Below, in pieces: positions 22,299 through 33,393 of a DNA stretch of 50,654 bases. This DNA is from Malacoraja senta. Lineage: Eukaryota. Made by a program: the position numbers and the translations under genes. The notes beneath the pieces are model-generated. The model saw only the letters and a program-made list of their open reading frames with translations, searched no databases and was not told where the DNA came from. Location of the stretch: positions 248,001-298,654 of the forward strand of contig JAXLNO010000406.1 of NCBI GenBank assembly GCA_038087875.1. Direction: 5' to 3'. Position 1 is the first letter of the stretch. Each line of letters begins with the position of its first letter.

Positions 22299-23423
22299 TC
22301 ATTTCTGTTTTTCAACGATAGTTTGGGCATATTTGAATGCGTCTTCAGGCTTAACAAATGACTTTTCAAGACCATTAAAGGAAATACGCATTTTCGCGGG
22401 GTAAAAAAACCCAAATCTGATCCCTTCTCTCCCTCTTAAAAGATCTTTAACCTTATCAAATTTGTTTCTTTTTTGCACAATTTCATACGGGTAGTCCCTG
22501 AATATCTTAATAGTGTCCTTGTCCATCCGCAGTTGTACACCATATTTGATTTTGCTCATAACATATTCCAGTTCTACAGTATCCCGAAATTTCACAATAA
22601 TATGTCGTGGATAAGCTTTTCCCGCACCAGATCTTTGTTTAAATCTTGGGACACGATGAGCCACTTCGATTTTCGGTTCCTTGGAAAGATTCAACAGTTG
22701 TTTCAACAAGCCCATGGCAAATTCACGTACCTGCTCCCCTTCTGCCCCCTCTGAAACACCAAGAATTCTCAAATTCTGGCGTCTAGAGCGAGCTTCCAGG
22801 TCCAGGCATTTGGCTGAGACTTTCTCCAGTTGAGTCACCATCTGTAGTGAAGCTTGTTCGTTTTCTCGCCTCATTTGCTCATATTCTTGCCTCAGTTTCG
22901 CCATGTCTTCAACCACTCGAGCTGTGTTTTTCTCCAATTCCGTAATTGTGTGCATACTTGCAGCTACTGTTTCAAGCACAACCGTGAACTTATCCGTAGT
23001 AGTTACATCCATCTTATCCATTTTCTCTGATAGTCCATCTTTCACCTCATCAATTCGTTTATTCATAATGTCCAGTAAATCCATCATATTCTTCTGGTTA
23101 CCAGCGTTTAAATCCTTCATCATCTTCTCCATTCCTTCCATCATTTTTGCCGTATTTTCCCTCATTTCCTTCTTATCTTCCATCCTATTTTCCTTCATTT
23201 CCTTCTTATCTTCCTTCATATTATCCGAAATCTCATCTTTCAAATTTTTCATTGATTTCTTCAAGTCATCAAAGTCTTTCTTAGATCTTGTATCCATTTC
23301 TGCAGCCACTTCACAGACTTCAGAGGTAACTTCAGAAGTAACTTCTGCTTCAGACTTATTCTGGTCTTTCAGCAGCTTTTTCACTGCTCTCTGAGGGCTC
23401 ACAGCTGGAGACAGTTTACTCAT
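22299..23423 (-). CDS. L1 ORF1p (coiled coil, RRM, CTD), intact
   Basis: 374 aa; long charged helical region then LEARSRRQNLRILGVSEG, AHRV, PRHIIVKF, IFRDY, FYPAKMRI. Confidence 0.9.
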   Translation of the reverse strand: MSKLSPAVSPQRAVKKLLKDQNKSEAEVTSEVTSEVCEVAAEMDTRSKKDFDDLKKSMKNLKDEISDNMKEDKKEMKENRMEDKKEMRENTAKMMEGMEKMMKDLNAGNQKNMMDLLDIMNKRIDEVKDGLSEKMDKMDVTTTDKFTVVLETVAASMHTITELEKNTARVVEDMAKLRQEYEQMRRENEQASLQMVTQLEKVSAKCLDLEARSRRQNLRILGVSEGAEGEQVREFAMGLLKQLLNLSKEPKIEVAHRVPRFKQRSGAGKAYPRHIIVKFRDTVELEYVMSKIKYGVQLRMDKDTIKIFRDYPYEIVQKRNKFDKVKDLLRGREGIRFGFFYPAKMRISFNGLEKSFVKPEDAFKYAQTIVEKQK

Positions 23424-23615
23424 TTAAAGGGCTTCAAACCACCATTTAAAACATCGCGTTTAACGATGACGTCATCAGCGCGATAACCAGAAGCTCCGGT
23501 AAGGTTTTTAAAAACAATCCCGATTTCTGGACCCGTTTTACACGATAAATCGTGAAGTTTTTCGGGAGAGGAGCTAGGTGCACGTCTGTTAGTCTAACAT
23601 GACGCCACCGGAAGC
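23424..23615 (-). promoter_or_regulatory. L1 5' UTR with putative internal promoter
   Basis: CpG-rich; begins GCTTCCGGTGGCG (ETS-like); palindrome GATGACGTCATC containing a full CRE at 23465-23476. Confidence 0.55.
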
Positions 23616-24838
23616 ATCTGATCCGTATCTGATTTGATCTTTGGTATAGTATGTTCCTTTTCTCGTTTTTTTAGCTGGCGAGCCAAAAGTTTATGCGGTT
23701 TATCCCCAAATTCAAAGTGCTCTTGTTTTGTAATTTGAAAAAGTCTTATACGTTTGGCAGATAATAATTTATTTAATTTAAATTTTAAAATTATTATTTT
23801 ATTATGTTTATCTATTGATGGATCTTTAGCATTATCTATATCCATTTGTCTAATAAGTTCTTCTAACTGTCTTTGTTCATTCTTATTCTTTTTATTTTGA
23901 AAAGCTTGATATGAAATTATAATACCCCTAATGTATGCTTTAAAAGATTTCCAAAATAAAGTAGGCGATATATCTGAAGTATCATTTGTTTGAAAAAAGA
24001 CCTCCATTTGTTCTTTTAAATATATACTCGCTTGTGGATCTTTTAAAATTTGAGAATTAAATCTCCAGAACGATTTATTCTTAGACAATCCTTCCAGTTT
24101 TAAAAAGAAAGTTAGTGGAGAATGGTCTGAAATTGAATTTGTATGGTATATTGCATTAGATGTTTGGGGGATTAATTTTGTATCCAGCAGAAAGTAGTCT
24201 ATACGTGAGTATGTCTTGTGTACCATTGAGTAAAACGAGTATTCCCTGCCAGTTGGATTAACAATTCTCCAAACATCTGCTATATTAGTGTTATTTATAT
24301 AGGTATTGAGGAGTTCCCCAGTTTTCGATTTCATATTCCCTCTCTGTTTTTGACTTGATTTATCTAAGTACGGATCTGAAACACAGTTAAAGTCTCCTCC
24401 TATTATAACATTTTGATAGTTTGACTCTGCAATTATGTTGAAAATTTTATTGAAAAAGTGGGGGTTATCAAAGTTAGGGGCATATATATTTACAAAAGTA
24501 AGTGGAGTGTCATGGATTTCTCCATTAACTATTAGGTATCTCCCTTCTATATCTGTTATAATATTCTTTGCTTTAAATGGTATACCTTTTCTTATGATGA
24601 TTGACGTGCCTCTAGATTTTGAAGTAAATGAAGAATGGTATGTTTGACCTATCCATTTCGCCCTCAGCCTAACTTGATCCTGAGGTTTTAGGTGTGTTTC
24701 TTGTAGGAAGGTAATGTCAGAGTTGTACAGTTTCAGCTGAGCTAGTATCTTACCCCTTTTAATAGGTTCGTTAATACCTCTTATATTCCAACTACAAAAT
24801 GAGATTCCTCCTAGGTTCTTTTGTGTGGTGTCATGCAT
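23594..24838 (-). CDS. L1 ORF2 endonuclease domain (host L1, interrupted at 23630)
   Basis: SWNIRGIN, FLQETH, NIYAPN, GGDFN, SRIDYF, SDHSP. Confidence 0.9.
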   Translation of the reverse strand: MHDTTQKNLGGISFCSWNIRGINEPIKRGKILAQLKLYNSDITFLQETHLKPQDQVRLRAKWIGQTYHSSFTSKSRGTSIIIRKGIPFKAKNIITDIEGRYLIVNGEIHDTPLTFVNIYAPNFDNPHFFNKIFNIIAESNYQNVIIGGDFNCVSDPYLDKSSQKQRGNMKSKTGELLNTYINNTNIADVWRIVNPTGREYSFYSMVHKTYSRIDYFLLDTKLIPQTSNAIYHTNSISDHSPLTFFLKLEGLSKNKSFWRFNSQILKDPQASIYLKEQMEVFFQTNDTSDISPTLFWKSFKAYIRGIIISYQAFQNKKNKNEQRQLEELIRQMDIDNAKDPSIDKHNKIIILKFKLNKLLSAKRIRLFQITKQEHFEFGDKPHKLLARQLKKREKEHTIPKIKSDTDQMLPVASC

Positions 24839-25081
24839 TTTGAATAATTATAGTACCTTTGAATTTTGTGGTGCATCCATATCCCAGGTCTTTAGGTATT
24901 GGGGGAGTTTTTGAATTATTCAATTTTGCTGGTATGTCCATTTTACGCTTATCACTAAACACAAAACACAAACAAGTGATTTTATGTGGTAAAAAAAACC
25001 CGAAAAAAGTGAGGCTACAGTGTCTGATATAGTCGGCACTGTAGCGAGTGTCCCACCTGTAGGTGGGAAAAAACCTTGTTT

Positions 25082-25481
25082 TGACTTTTCACGAAGTAGT
25101 TTCAGTACCACACTTACATCCTAGATTGTCATGTACTTAGGTTTCGGTGGTTTGGAATTAAAGATTCCTTTCATTAGTCTGGAAACAATTGGGTGTGACC
25201 GAATTTGGTTTCTTTCTGAATACAGAACCAAATATGAGGACAATGCAATTCTGGCTGAATTAATTGCACTACGACTCAGACCTTCATCATAATAAAGTTT
25301 TGACAGAAATTCTAAACATTTGAAATATCTGCAGTACTATATTGCACATTCTTTTGTACACAGAACTCTTCCCATTTCTTAATATATGTTTTTGAGTGCT
25401 CTTCCTCCAGGCTGCCGTAAGCATGCCCACAGTACGCTCAAACAGTCCTCGCCCCAGAAAAGGCATTCTTAAAACCTGCAA
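25082..25481 (-). pseudogene. DIRS tyrosine recombinase, N-terminal part
   Basis: AAWRKSTQK (AWRxST motif), overlapping the end of the MT ORF; continues into sequence shared with 10455-10695. Confidence 0.75.
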
Positions 25482-26116
25482 ATCAACAAATCCAAACGAT
25501 CATATAATGGATGTTGTTCCCCTGTTACAGGGTGCAGCAATAAATTACTCCTTTTTGGGACTTTCATCAACATTTGTGTTGTTAATTCTAATATCAACGG
25601 ATACCATGGCTGTGTAGGCCAATCTGGTACTACCAATACCCTTGAAGCAGCATCTTGCCTGATTTTAAGCAAACATTGGCTTATGAGGCAGAAAGGTGGA
25701 AATATATATGAAAACATACCACCCCAATGTAGCGAGAAAGCATCAATCTCCACTGCTCCTGGATCTGGTTTCCATGAGACATATCTCGATAGCTGATGAT
25801 TCAAGTCGATGTCGGGCATTCCAAATCTGATTACTATATCATTGAATACCTCTTGATTCAACATCCATTCTTTATTATCATGGAACTTTCGTGACCTGGT
25901 ATCTGCTATCGTGTTCATTCTACCTGGTAGATAGATAGCATCACAATTTTGTTCAGACCGAAAGGTCTGAATGACAATAAAGGAAACTTGAGACTTGAAC
26001 TTGAGATAGATAGCTGAAATCCAAATGTTCTTTTCAATACACCAAGACCAAAGTTGATTTAACCATTTTGTCACATGACACCGACTTAATTCCACCCATA
26101 TCATTAATATAGGCAA
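25469..26116 (-). pseudogene. DIRS RNase H end and methyltransferase-like (MT) domain
   Basis: YLPGRMNTIADTRSR, IDAFSLHW..YIFPPF..LVVPDWPTQPWYP. Confidence 0.85.
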
Positions 26117-26155
26117 CTGCTGTTGTGTTTATTAATTTGAACTTGAACCTTCCTT

Positions 26156-27340
26156 TTAGTTGTGTTTAGAACAATAAGCTTGGAGTCCATAGAAACCTCC
26201 TAAAAGCTCCAAATAGGTAATTCCCCATGTCTGCAGTAACAATGACTCTTCCTGATTCCATCTGCCTCCGTAGCTAGATGTTAAGTCAGTTGCACCCCAT
26301 CCTAGTGCACTGGCATCAGTTTGTAATATCATGGAAGGTTGTTCAATCAGCACTTTGCCGGAACTGCTTGAGACATGTAGAATCCACCACTGCAGATTAG
26401 AAACATCATTTGTTGTTAGTTGCATGGTTCTATCAAAATGACCAGCATTTACTCTCAGTGTCTGTTCTTTGACTCTCTGCAGCTGTTGATAATGTAATGG
26501 TCCATACCGGACTGCTGGGAATCTACTAATTTTCCCAGTACTCGAGCCACCTGTCTGATTAAGGGTTTTTGCTCGTTTAACAGATTACTGCAATCTTTAA
26601 TCAACTCCACCCTTTTTTCACTGGGCAAAGTAATTTTCATTTGGGCTGAATCAATCGTGAACCCCAAATAATCAATCGAGGTACATGTTGTTAACCTTGA
26701 TTTCTTTGGATGAATTTAGAAACCCCAAACTTTCAAAAGTTGATTTCATAACTGCAACAGATGCTTCTGTTGACTGTTTTGTCCTTCCTATAACATGACA
26801 TCACCAGGTATGCCATTAGTACATGCCCCTGGCTTCTCAGCAACCCCAGGATTGATTTTAACAATTTTGTGAATATTCTGGGAGTGGACGTTAACCCATT
26901 AGGCAGAGCTTTGAATTGCCCTAACTGGTTCATCCATGTAAATTTAAGATACTTCATATCTTCCAAGTGAACAGACACTGAACAAAAGGATTTAGACTTG
27001 TCAAGTCTATAATAATCTTACATCCTCCATCCTTTTTTGATCGAGGGAATATATTTGACCCAAATTGGTGAATTTGGTAGACTGATTCTTCAATAACACC
27101 TTTTATATATAGGGGTTTGAAGCGCAGCTTGAACCTCCATTACTTTGCAAAGTGGAGAGTTCTGCTAGGAACATGCTGGACAGGCAAATCATAATTTGGA
27201 TTGAATTCAATTCGTAATCCTTGTATATTATTCAGAATTACCACATCTGAAGTAATCTTCTTCCAATTGTTATAGAAGAGACGTAATCTGCCTCCAACTT
27301 TTGTACTTAATGCAGTTAGTATGTTCCCATGAGAACCAGG
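26156..27340 (-). pseudogene. DIRS RT and RNase H remnants
   Basis: VGGRLRLF..W, QFKALPNGLTSTPRIFTK, LGFTIDS, LQTDASALGWGA, ITYLELL; several frameshifts. Confidence 0.85.
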
Positions 27341-28501
27341 TCCACCTACCTCTTGAGTCATTTGAGTACTCTGATCTCCCTGGATTCTCCCGGAAGCACC
27401 ACCACTGGTTTTTACTCCCGCTGCAGGCCGCCAGCTACGTCCCTGCATTGAAGAGCAACTTGGTCCTGGTCCAGGATCCGTATGACGTCTGAAAGGATAC
27501 TTCCTCTTTACAGACTTTACAACCATTGATGTTTTCATCAATCCTGTTTTCGCTTCATCTTCCAACTCTTTAATACGTCTCCCGAGATCCTGTCCAAAGA
27601 GTAAGTTGGGTAATTGTATATTACTTGGTTTGCAGAGTGCTGCGAATTTCGGATTCATAGTAGGCCGTATAGCACCTTCCTCAGACAATTGATCTCGAAG
27701 TGGGTGCTGCATAGCAACCCCAGTGCTTCCTGATGCAACTTCGTCATCTCTTGGCTGTTATCTGCTATTCTGGTAAAAGCAGTTATTCCAGAACCCAGCA
27801 GCTTTAATATTCTCTGCAACTGATTCCAGATAATTTGGTTCACTGCTGGTGCTTTCAGCAACCCACAGTTACTTGGGGTCTCCTGCTTTCTTGCAGTCTC
27901 ATCCATCTCCTGCTGTTCCAGCTGATGGGAAACCATGTAATTTATTAAGGAGGCCAGTTCTTCTCCTAATGGCTCTCCTGACCCTGACGGGGCAGCGAAT
28001 CCTACTGCCAGTTGTGGAACATCTGGCAGCTGCCATTCATCGCCTTGTACAGCCTCACCGTCAGAGTCGGGGTCTGAAATCTCATGACCCGTAGCACGCT
28101 CCTCATCCCTGAGGGTGCATTCCATCAGCCCTGTACCAGGAGCTGTTGAGCTGCTTCCAGCAGCTTGCATTTCAGTGCAATCCTCCCGGAGTGAACTTTG
28201 CTCCAAGAGCCTATGTAAAAGGCTTTCTATTTGAGCAATACGCTCGAAAGCAGTATCTAGCCCTGGAGCTACTTCCATTGCCTGGGACTCCCTCCGTGGG
28301 CCGTTGGGATTTAAACTTCGCCTTTCGCCAGACAGGCGCTGACTGTGTTTTAATCAGCCCCAGGTCCACAGTCGCTACGCTCACCGCTGGCGACTGTACC
28401 GGGGTTTTAGAGGCGGTCGGTCGCTAACCGCAGACTCCCGACTTTCCCGACTTTCTGTCGGTTGAGTCGCTCGCCTCTTCCCCCTGCCCATTTTTACCCA
28501 T
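27340..28501 (-). pseudogene. DIRS gag-like ORF1 remnant
   Basis: ORFs 27655-28278 and 27140-27712 (PSNC..LKAPAVN..IW, LLFGQDL), upstream of RT and inside the ITR. Confidence 0.7.
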
Positions 28502-30231
28502 GGCGTCTGTGGAAAAAATCCCCACAGACCCACAGTAAACGGACCTGGAAAACATGAAAAAAGTGTTTACTTAACTTGTAGTTGAAAAACAACAAACCAC
28601 TGGAGGAGCTCTGCTCCTCACGTCCGTTTGCGTCAAGGCGTCCGACGTAATGGCGCACTGGCGGTGTTCTTCACGTAGTCACTCACGTGACTCCGAAGTA
28701 AAATCCAGGTCCTTTGCGATAATCGAATGACCTATTATGAGAATTAAGGTCAATACAGCAGGCCTTCTGTTTCTGGAATAAAAATGAGTTTGGCTCGTGG
28801 CTCAAGGAGTTCATTGGGATTCTATGTGTTAGTGGTTGTCAGCAGAAGAGAAAGTACTCTATGTTCTTAACTGGACTCTCGATCGCCACTGAGTATACTT
28901 GTCTCAATAAGGACAATAATAGGGGCCTAACATCCATCTTATCATGCTGGCTTAGAGAGGACAACTACAAGCAAGTGGTCCTGGTCCAATTACTCTCTTG
29001 CATAAATGCTGTTCTTGTATATGTAGGTATAACAGTGAGGACGAGAGTGAGATTGGCTTGGCTACAACGTCCCAATGGTCAAATAGGCTATCTGAAAAAT
29101 TAGGAAAGACCATTTGGAGCAGATATTGAAAGGGGCCTGGAGCCCACAAGAGAGTGTCTTAACAAAACAATCACTATCTTTGTGACAGGAGGGGGGAAAT
29201 GTATTGAGAGGTTTCTAGTGATATTACCAAATAGCTCATGTGTTTTTTTTGTAAGTCACAATGGTATTGAAACGATACCCAGTTATGGGATCCCAATGCC
29301 TACGATTAGCAAATTGGTTTCAACATCATCAAATATGGGTTTAAAATGAACTGAAAATGCTAGAAACACTCAGCTGGTCAGACAGCATTTGTGGCAAGGG
29401 AAACAGAGCTAATGTTTCAGGTTGAAGACCCGTTGCAAACGTCTCAGATATGAAACCCGCGAGTACTAATTCATTTTACATGGATCTACTACATGCACTG
29501 TTTGTTCCCAGCGGTTTTCTCTTTTTAGTTCAGATTTCCAGCATCTGAAGCCCTGTTATTTTCTTTTACAAGAAATCGAAACACTCAGTAACTCAGGAAG
29601 CATCTGTGGAGAGTTCGCCTTACAGGTTGAACGCCTCTCATCAAAACTGATCTGCTGCCTGACCTGCTCTCTCTTTCAGCATCTCTCTTTCTTTCAGATT
29701 TAGAAGATCAGCAGGTTTTTTTTAATTTCCTAAAATGAACAAATTGGACGCTTTTAAATAGTGCAAAAATACAACTGTGTGAAAAATTTGTAGGTTAATA
29801 TCCAATTCTTTTATTTCAGCCATAAAATAGCACGTGAGATGCGAAAATTCACAAATCAGAAACAAATTTTAATTTCCAAGATCTCAAACATTAGTCTTTG
29901 TATGGTATTAAATTAGAGACATCCACAGAAACTTATTCATCTAACTTTAAGTGCACTGGAGGCAAGCAATATTCATACAAAATATTTTGCTCAGTGATGT
30001 TACATTTTTGTCACCAGGCTTTGCTCCACTGCTTTGTACATAGTTCACACCAATGAAGTTAATGTGATAGATGTGGTTGTTAGATGTTAGCCAAAGCTAT
30101 ATTCCAGATACAGGGTGAATACAGAGAATGAAACATTTATAATCCAACTATATGCACAGATTTTAGTTTTTCGCAATAGGTTAGGGGATCTTCAGACATT
30201 GAATGGTATAGAATTAATTCACTAACGACTA

Positions 30232-30546
30232 GGTGGCTGCACAGTGGCGATGCGGTAGAGTTGCTGCATCACAGCGCCAGAGACTCTCGTTCGATCCTGA
30301 CCACGGATGCTGTCTGTACGGAGTTTGTGCGCTCTCCCTGTGACCGCGTGGGTTTCCTCTGGGTTCTCCAGTTTCCTTCCACACTCCAAAAGACGTACAG
30401 ATTTGTGGGTTAATTTGGTTTTGGTAAAATTATAAATTGTCCCTAGTATGTAGGATAGTGCGAGTGTAGGGGGTTGCTGGTCGGCAAAGACTCAGTGGAC
30501 CGAAAGGCCTGTTTCCGCGCTGTATCTCTAAAGTCTAAAGACTAAG
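30232..30546 (+). mobile_element. HE1-like V-SINE, full length
   Basis: tRNA head (GTTCGATCC), core, 3' tail (CTAAAGT)n. Confidence 0.85.
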
Positions 30547-33393
30547 TCTGTGAGAGGTGGAACAACCTCCTTAGGTTTTTATAAGAAAAAAAGATGAATG
30601 CCGTGATTGAGAGCAATGTGGAAATCCATTTATGGATTCATATTCTGATGAAAGGATGATGAGGTCTTTCTAATTTGTACATGAGTCAAGAGTTTTTGCA
30701 CAGGGCTGTGCTGGTTTGAAAACACCGTTCTCAGTATAATAACTTTTTAAAATTAAAATGTGGACATAGCTATTACTATAAGACAACTTGGTATATAAAT
30801 TGCATATGCTAAATGTTTTCGATATCTAAGTACAAATGTCAAAAGTGTGATTAGAAACAATATAAAATCGAATTGTATGTATTTTGAATCTAGGTGGGCC
30901 TAGATGGCTTTTTAATTTGTTCTCCTTTTCCTGAGTTACTGAGTACATGGATCCTTTAAGTTAGCTAAAAATGACTGTAACATTGCAGGCCACAGCAAGG
31001 CTAACAATAAATATGTATTGCTCAGATGCTTTCAACGGCATTCCTCTTACTTCTGGAACATTAAAATAAAAAAAACAATTCAAAACATCAAGTGGTAATA
31101 TGAATTGTGTAAGAGGGGGAAGAAGGTTATAGTTTGATGTAAAAATAACATGTTTATAATATCTCTTGACATTATATATGCTTCTTCAAAGCATATCAGG
31201 ATGTTTGTTGTTGCATTATGCCCAACGTGAAATGAATGTCATCCCTCCTCTTCCTACCCTCTCCCCTATGAAAAGAAATACCAGAAGACCATTGAAACTA
31301 TTTATCCATGGTTGGCATTTTTTAACCATGACATTTAATAATGTCTACAGACATAACATGCTTCCAGTTCTTCGAGTGATACCAATGATCTATTAAAAAT
31401 AGTTTTCAAAGCAAATGTTATTTCACGCAACTGTATCTCATGATGTCTCACATCGAAAGCCTGTGCTTTGTACCCAATTTTTCTTAAAGATTTCTCACAC
31501 TTCAGAATTAAACTAAAAGTCAAAGAATGGCCATATGGTTTAATGAAGAAGTTTGCAGATTATCACCAGCCCTCAGGAGGGGGTGTGGATGTTGTAGGGT
31601 CTAGAATATTGTATGTTTCAGTTAATAAATTGAAGAAAATCAGCACTCGTTTTATTCAGCAAAATATGAATGGATGTTACTCTTTTTTAGGAATACAATG
31701 CTGTGCTTTTATATGGAAACCATTTGGGAAGGCAGCACAAAAGTGTTAAATGCCAGAGCTGGGTGAAGTACCTGGTAAATTTGATTACATTAAGTGGTAA
31801 CTTCAAATAGATTTCCTGCAAATAATCTGCCAAAACTGAAATTATTATTGCCATGTTCACGTGATTTAAACATTATTTCTAAAGAATAACTTTTTCTGCA
31901 TTCCGTATGTGAACATTTCCGACTTCTGAAACTGACAACCTTCTTAACTTAAACTAATGCAAACCCCAGATTGGCTCTTTGCAGTCATCTGGAATGAAGA
32001 CTTTGAGAAAGTGAACATTATAATTAATTGGATTAGAGCCATATTTCTGCTTGTTGTGCTGTGCTGATTTGCATGCAACTGGAGTTTGTTTGGAACACTA
32101 GTTGCTCTGAGCTGTACTAAAACTTCTCTTTGATATAAACCCAACTGGAAATTTTGTAAAGAAACAGCTTTTACACTGAATCTCCTTTCATGCACATCTA
32201 AGGTGAACTGGCTTCTATAGTTTATGATATGAAATCCAGTTTACGTGTTCTACAGAATCTTGACTCTTTGAAAGAGTGGGTCCAGAACACAAGTACTGTC
32301 GTACATGAGTTCATTTAGTAATGAAAATCTTGGTCTTGGCTCAAAAATTAATAACATATATATTTTTTTAATTTCCACTAATTTATAGAGAAAAAACATA
32401 AAATATATGCTGCAGGACATGCTGCATTTGTGAAGGGGAAAATAAGCTTTCTGATGAAAGGTCATTAACTTGCAAAATTTATTGTAAAATTTAGACGCAA
32501 GCATCTAGAAGGATCCAGATCCTAAATGTTGCCTGTACATGTTCTCCAGAGATGCTGCCTGACCAGCAGAAATATTAGAGCACTTTGTCTCTTAACTTGT
32601 AAAATGTATTTTGTTTCTATCTCCACAGATATTACCTGCGTTGCCGACCATTTTTTCTTTAAAAGTATATGTTTCAGTTTCTCTCAGAAATAATTTGATG
32701 AAGAGATTCATTTCTGTACCAGCATACCCTTTGGTTATCTGAAGAAAGGGGCATTTGAAGATCACGACCATAAACCAGACCCAAAACTTATGGCAGCCAG
32801 CAGCAATTATCCTAACCTTCTGTATCTGCTTGAAATAAGTGGACAGCCTACAGCAGATACTTTAAAGCCCCAGAGAGTGAGTGTTCTCCCCACAAGATCC
32901 TCCAAAATCTTTTACAAGATCAGGAAACCAATATTATCATTCTCTCGCTATGCCTTTCTATGTCTTGCTTACTAAGTATCTGTGTAAATACAGATTTGTC
33001 TTGAGCATGGTAATTGTATCAGACCCCACCCCATTCTCTTCAGCATTTTCCAAACATCAAATAGTCACTGTGTGAAAAACCAACACCTCTAATCTAATTT
33101 AAAGCTCCTACCTCTCACTTTAAAACTGTGCCCTATTGCTTTTATACCATACAAAGGGAATATCTTTGGACTATCTACCCTATCTGTATCTTTCATTATC
33201 TTATATACCTTTCTGAGATCATCCCTCAAGCCCCTTTGGTCCAAGGGAAACAAGCCCATCCTACGTAGCTATCCCATGACCAAATTATTCCAATCCATCA
33301 AAATTCTGATGAATCACCTCCGCATACCCTCTTATTTCCCCCCTACAGCTTGGCGACTGGAACTGCACACAATATTTCTTGTACTGTCTAAAG

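Larger units (their letters stand above)
18025..23615 (-). mobile_element. Inner L1 with intact 5' end and internal deletion
   Basis: 5' UTR, ORF1, partial inter-ORF, ORF2 lacking its N-terminus (junction near 21817), stop at 20994, frameshift near 19600, poly(A); 15 bp TSD ATCTGATCCGTATCT at 18010-18024 and 23616-23630. Confidence 0.92.
14997..25081 (-). mobile_element. Host L1 (5'-truncated in the inter-ORF region), split by an inner L1
   Basis: 5' piece 23631-25081 (inter-ORF plus EN) and 3' piece 14997-18009 (RT, CCHC, 3' UTR, poly(A)) rejoin in frame. Confidence 0.9.
9141..28703 (-). mobile_element. DIRS1-like tyrosine-recombinase retrotransposon, full length, degenerate, carrying nested insertions
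   Basis: gag, RT, RNase H, MT and YR remnants in order; ITR 9213-9238 vs 28652-28677; ICR 9603-9713 complementary to both termini (9141-9218 and 28671-28703). Confidence 0.92.

Noticed and set aside
22903..23394. 163 aa antisense ORF within L1 ORF1 (ORF0-like)
   Set aside because: Ser/Phe/Ile-rich mirror of the repetitive Lys/Glu/Met coiled-coil codons; no independent support
25469..26116. DNA methyltransferase-like ORF beside a recombinase and RT as a prokaryote-style defence system
   Set aside because: MT, YR, RT and RNase H is the standard DIRS1 domain set, and all are disrupted
30550..32500. Short ORFs in the AT-rich unique stretch
   Set aside because: Short, no motifs, consistent with random intergenic ORFs
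32688..32876. Possible 189 bp exon (CTCTCAG ... GTGAGT)
   Set aside because: Stop at codon 2 of the only long frame, no recognisable homology, no partner exons
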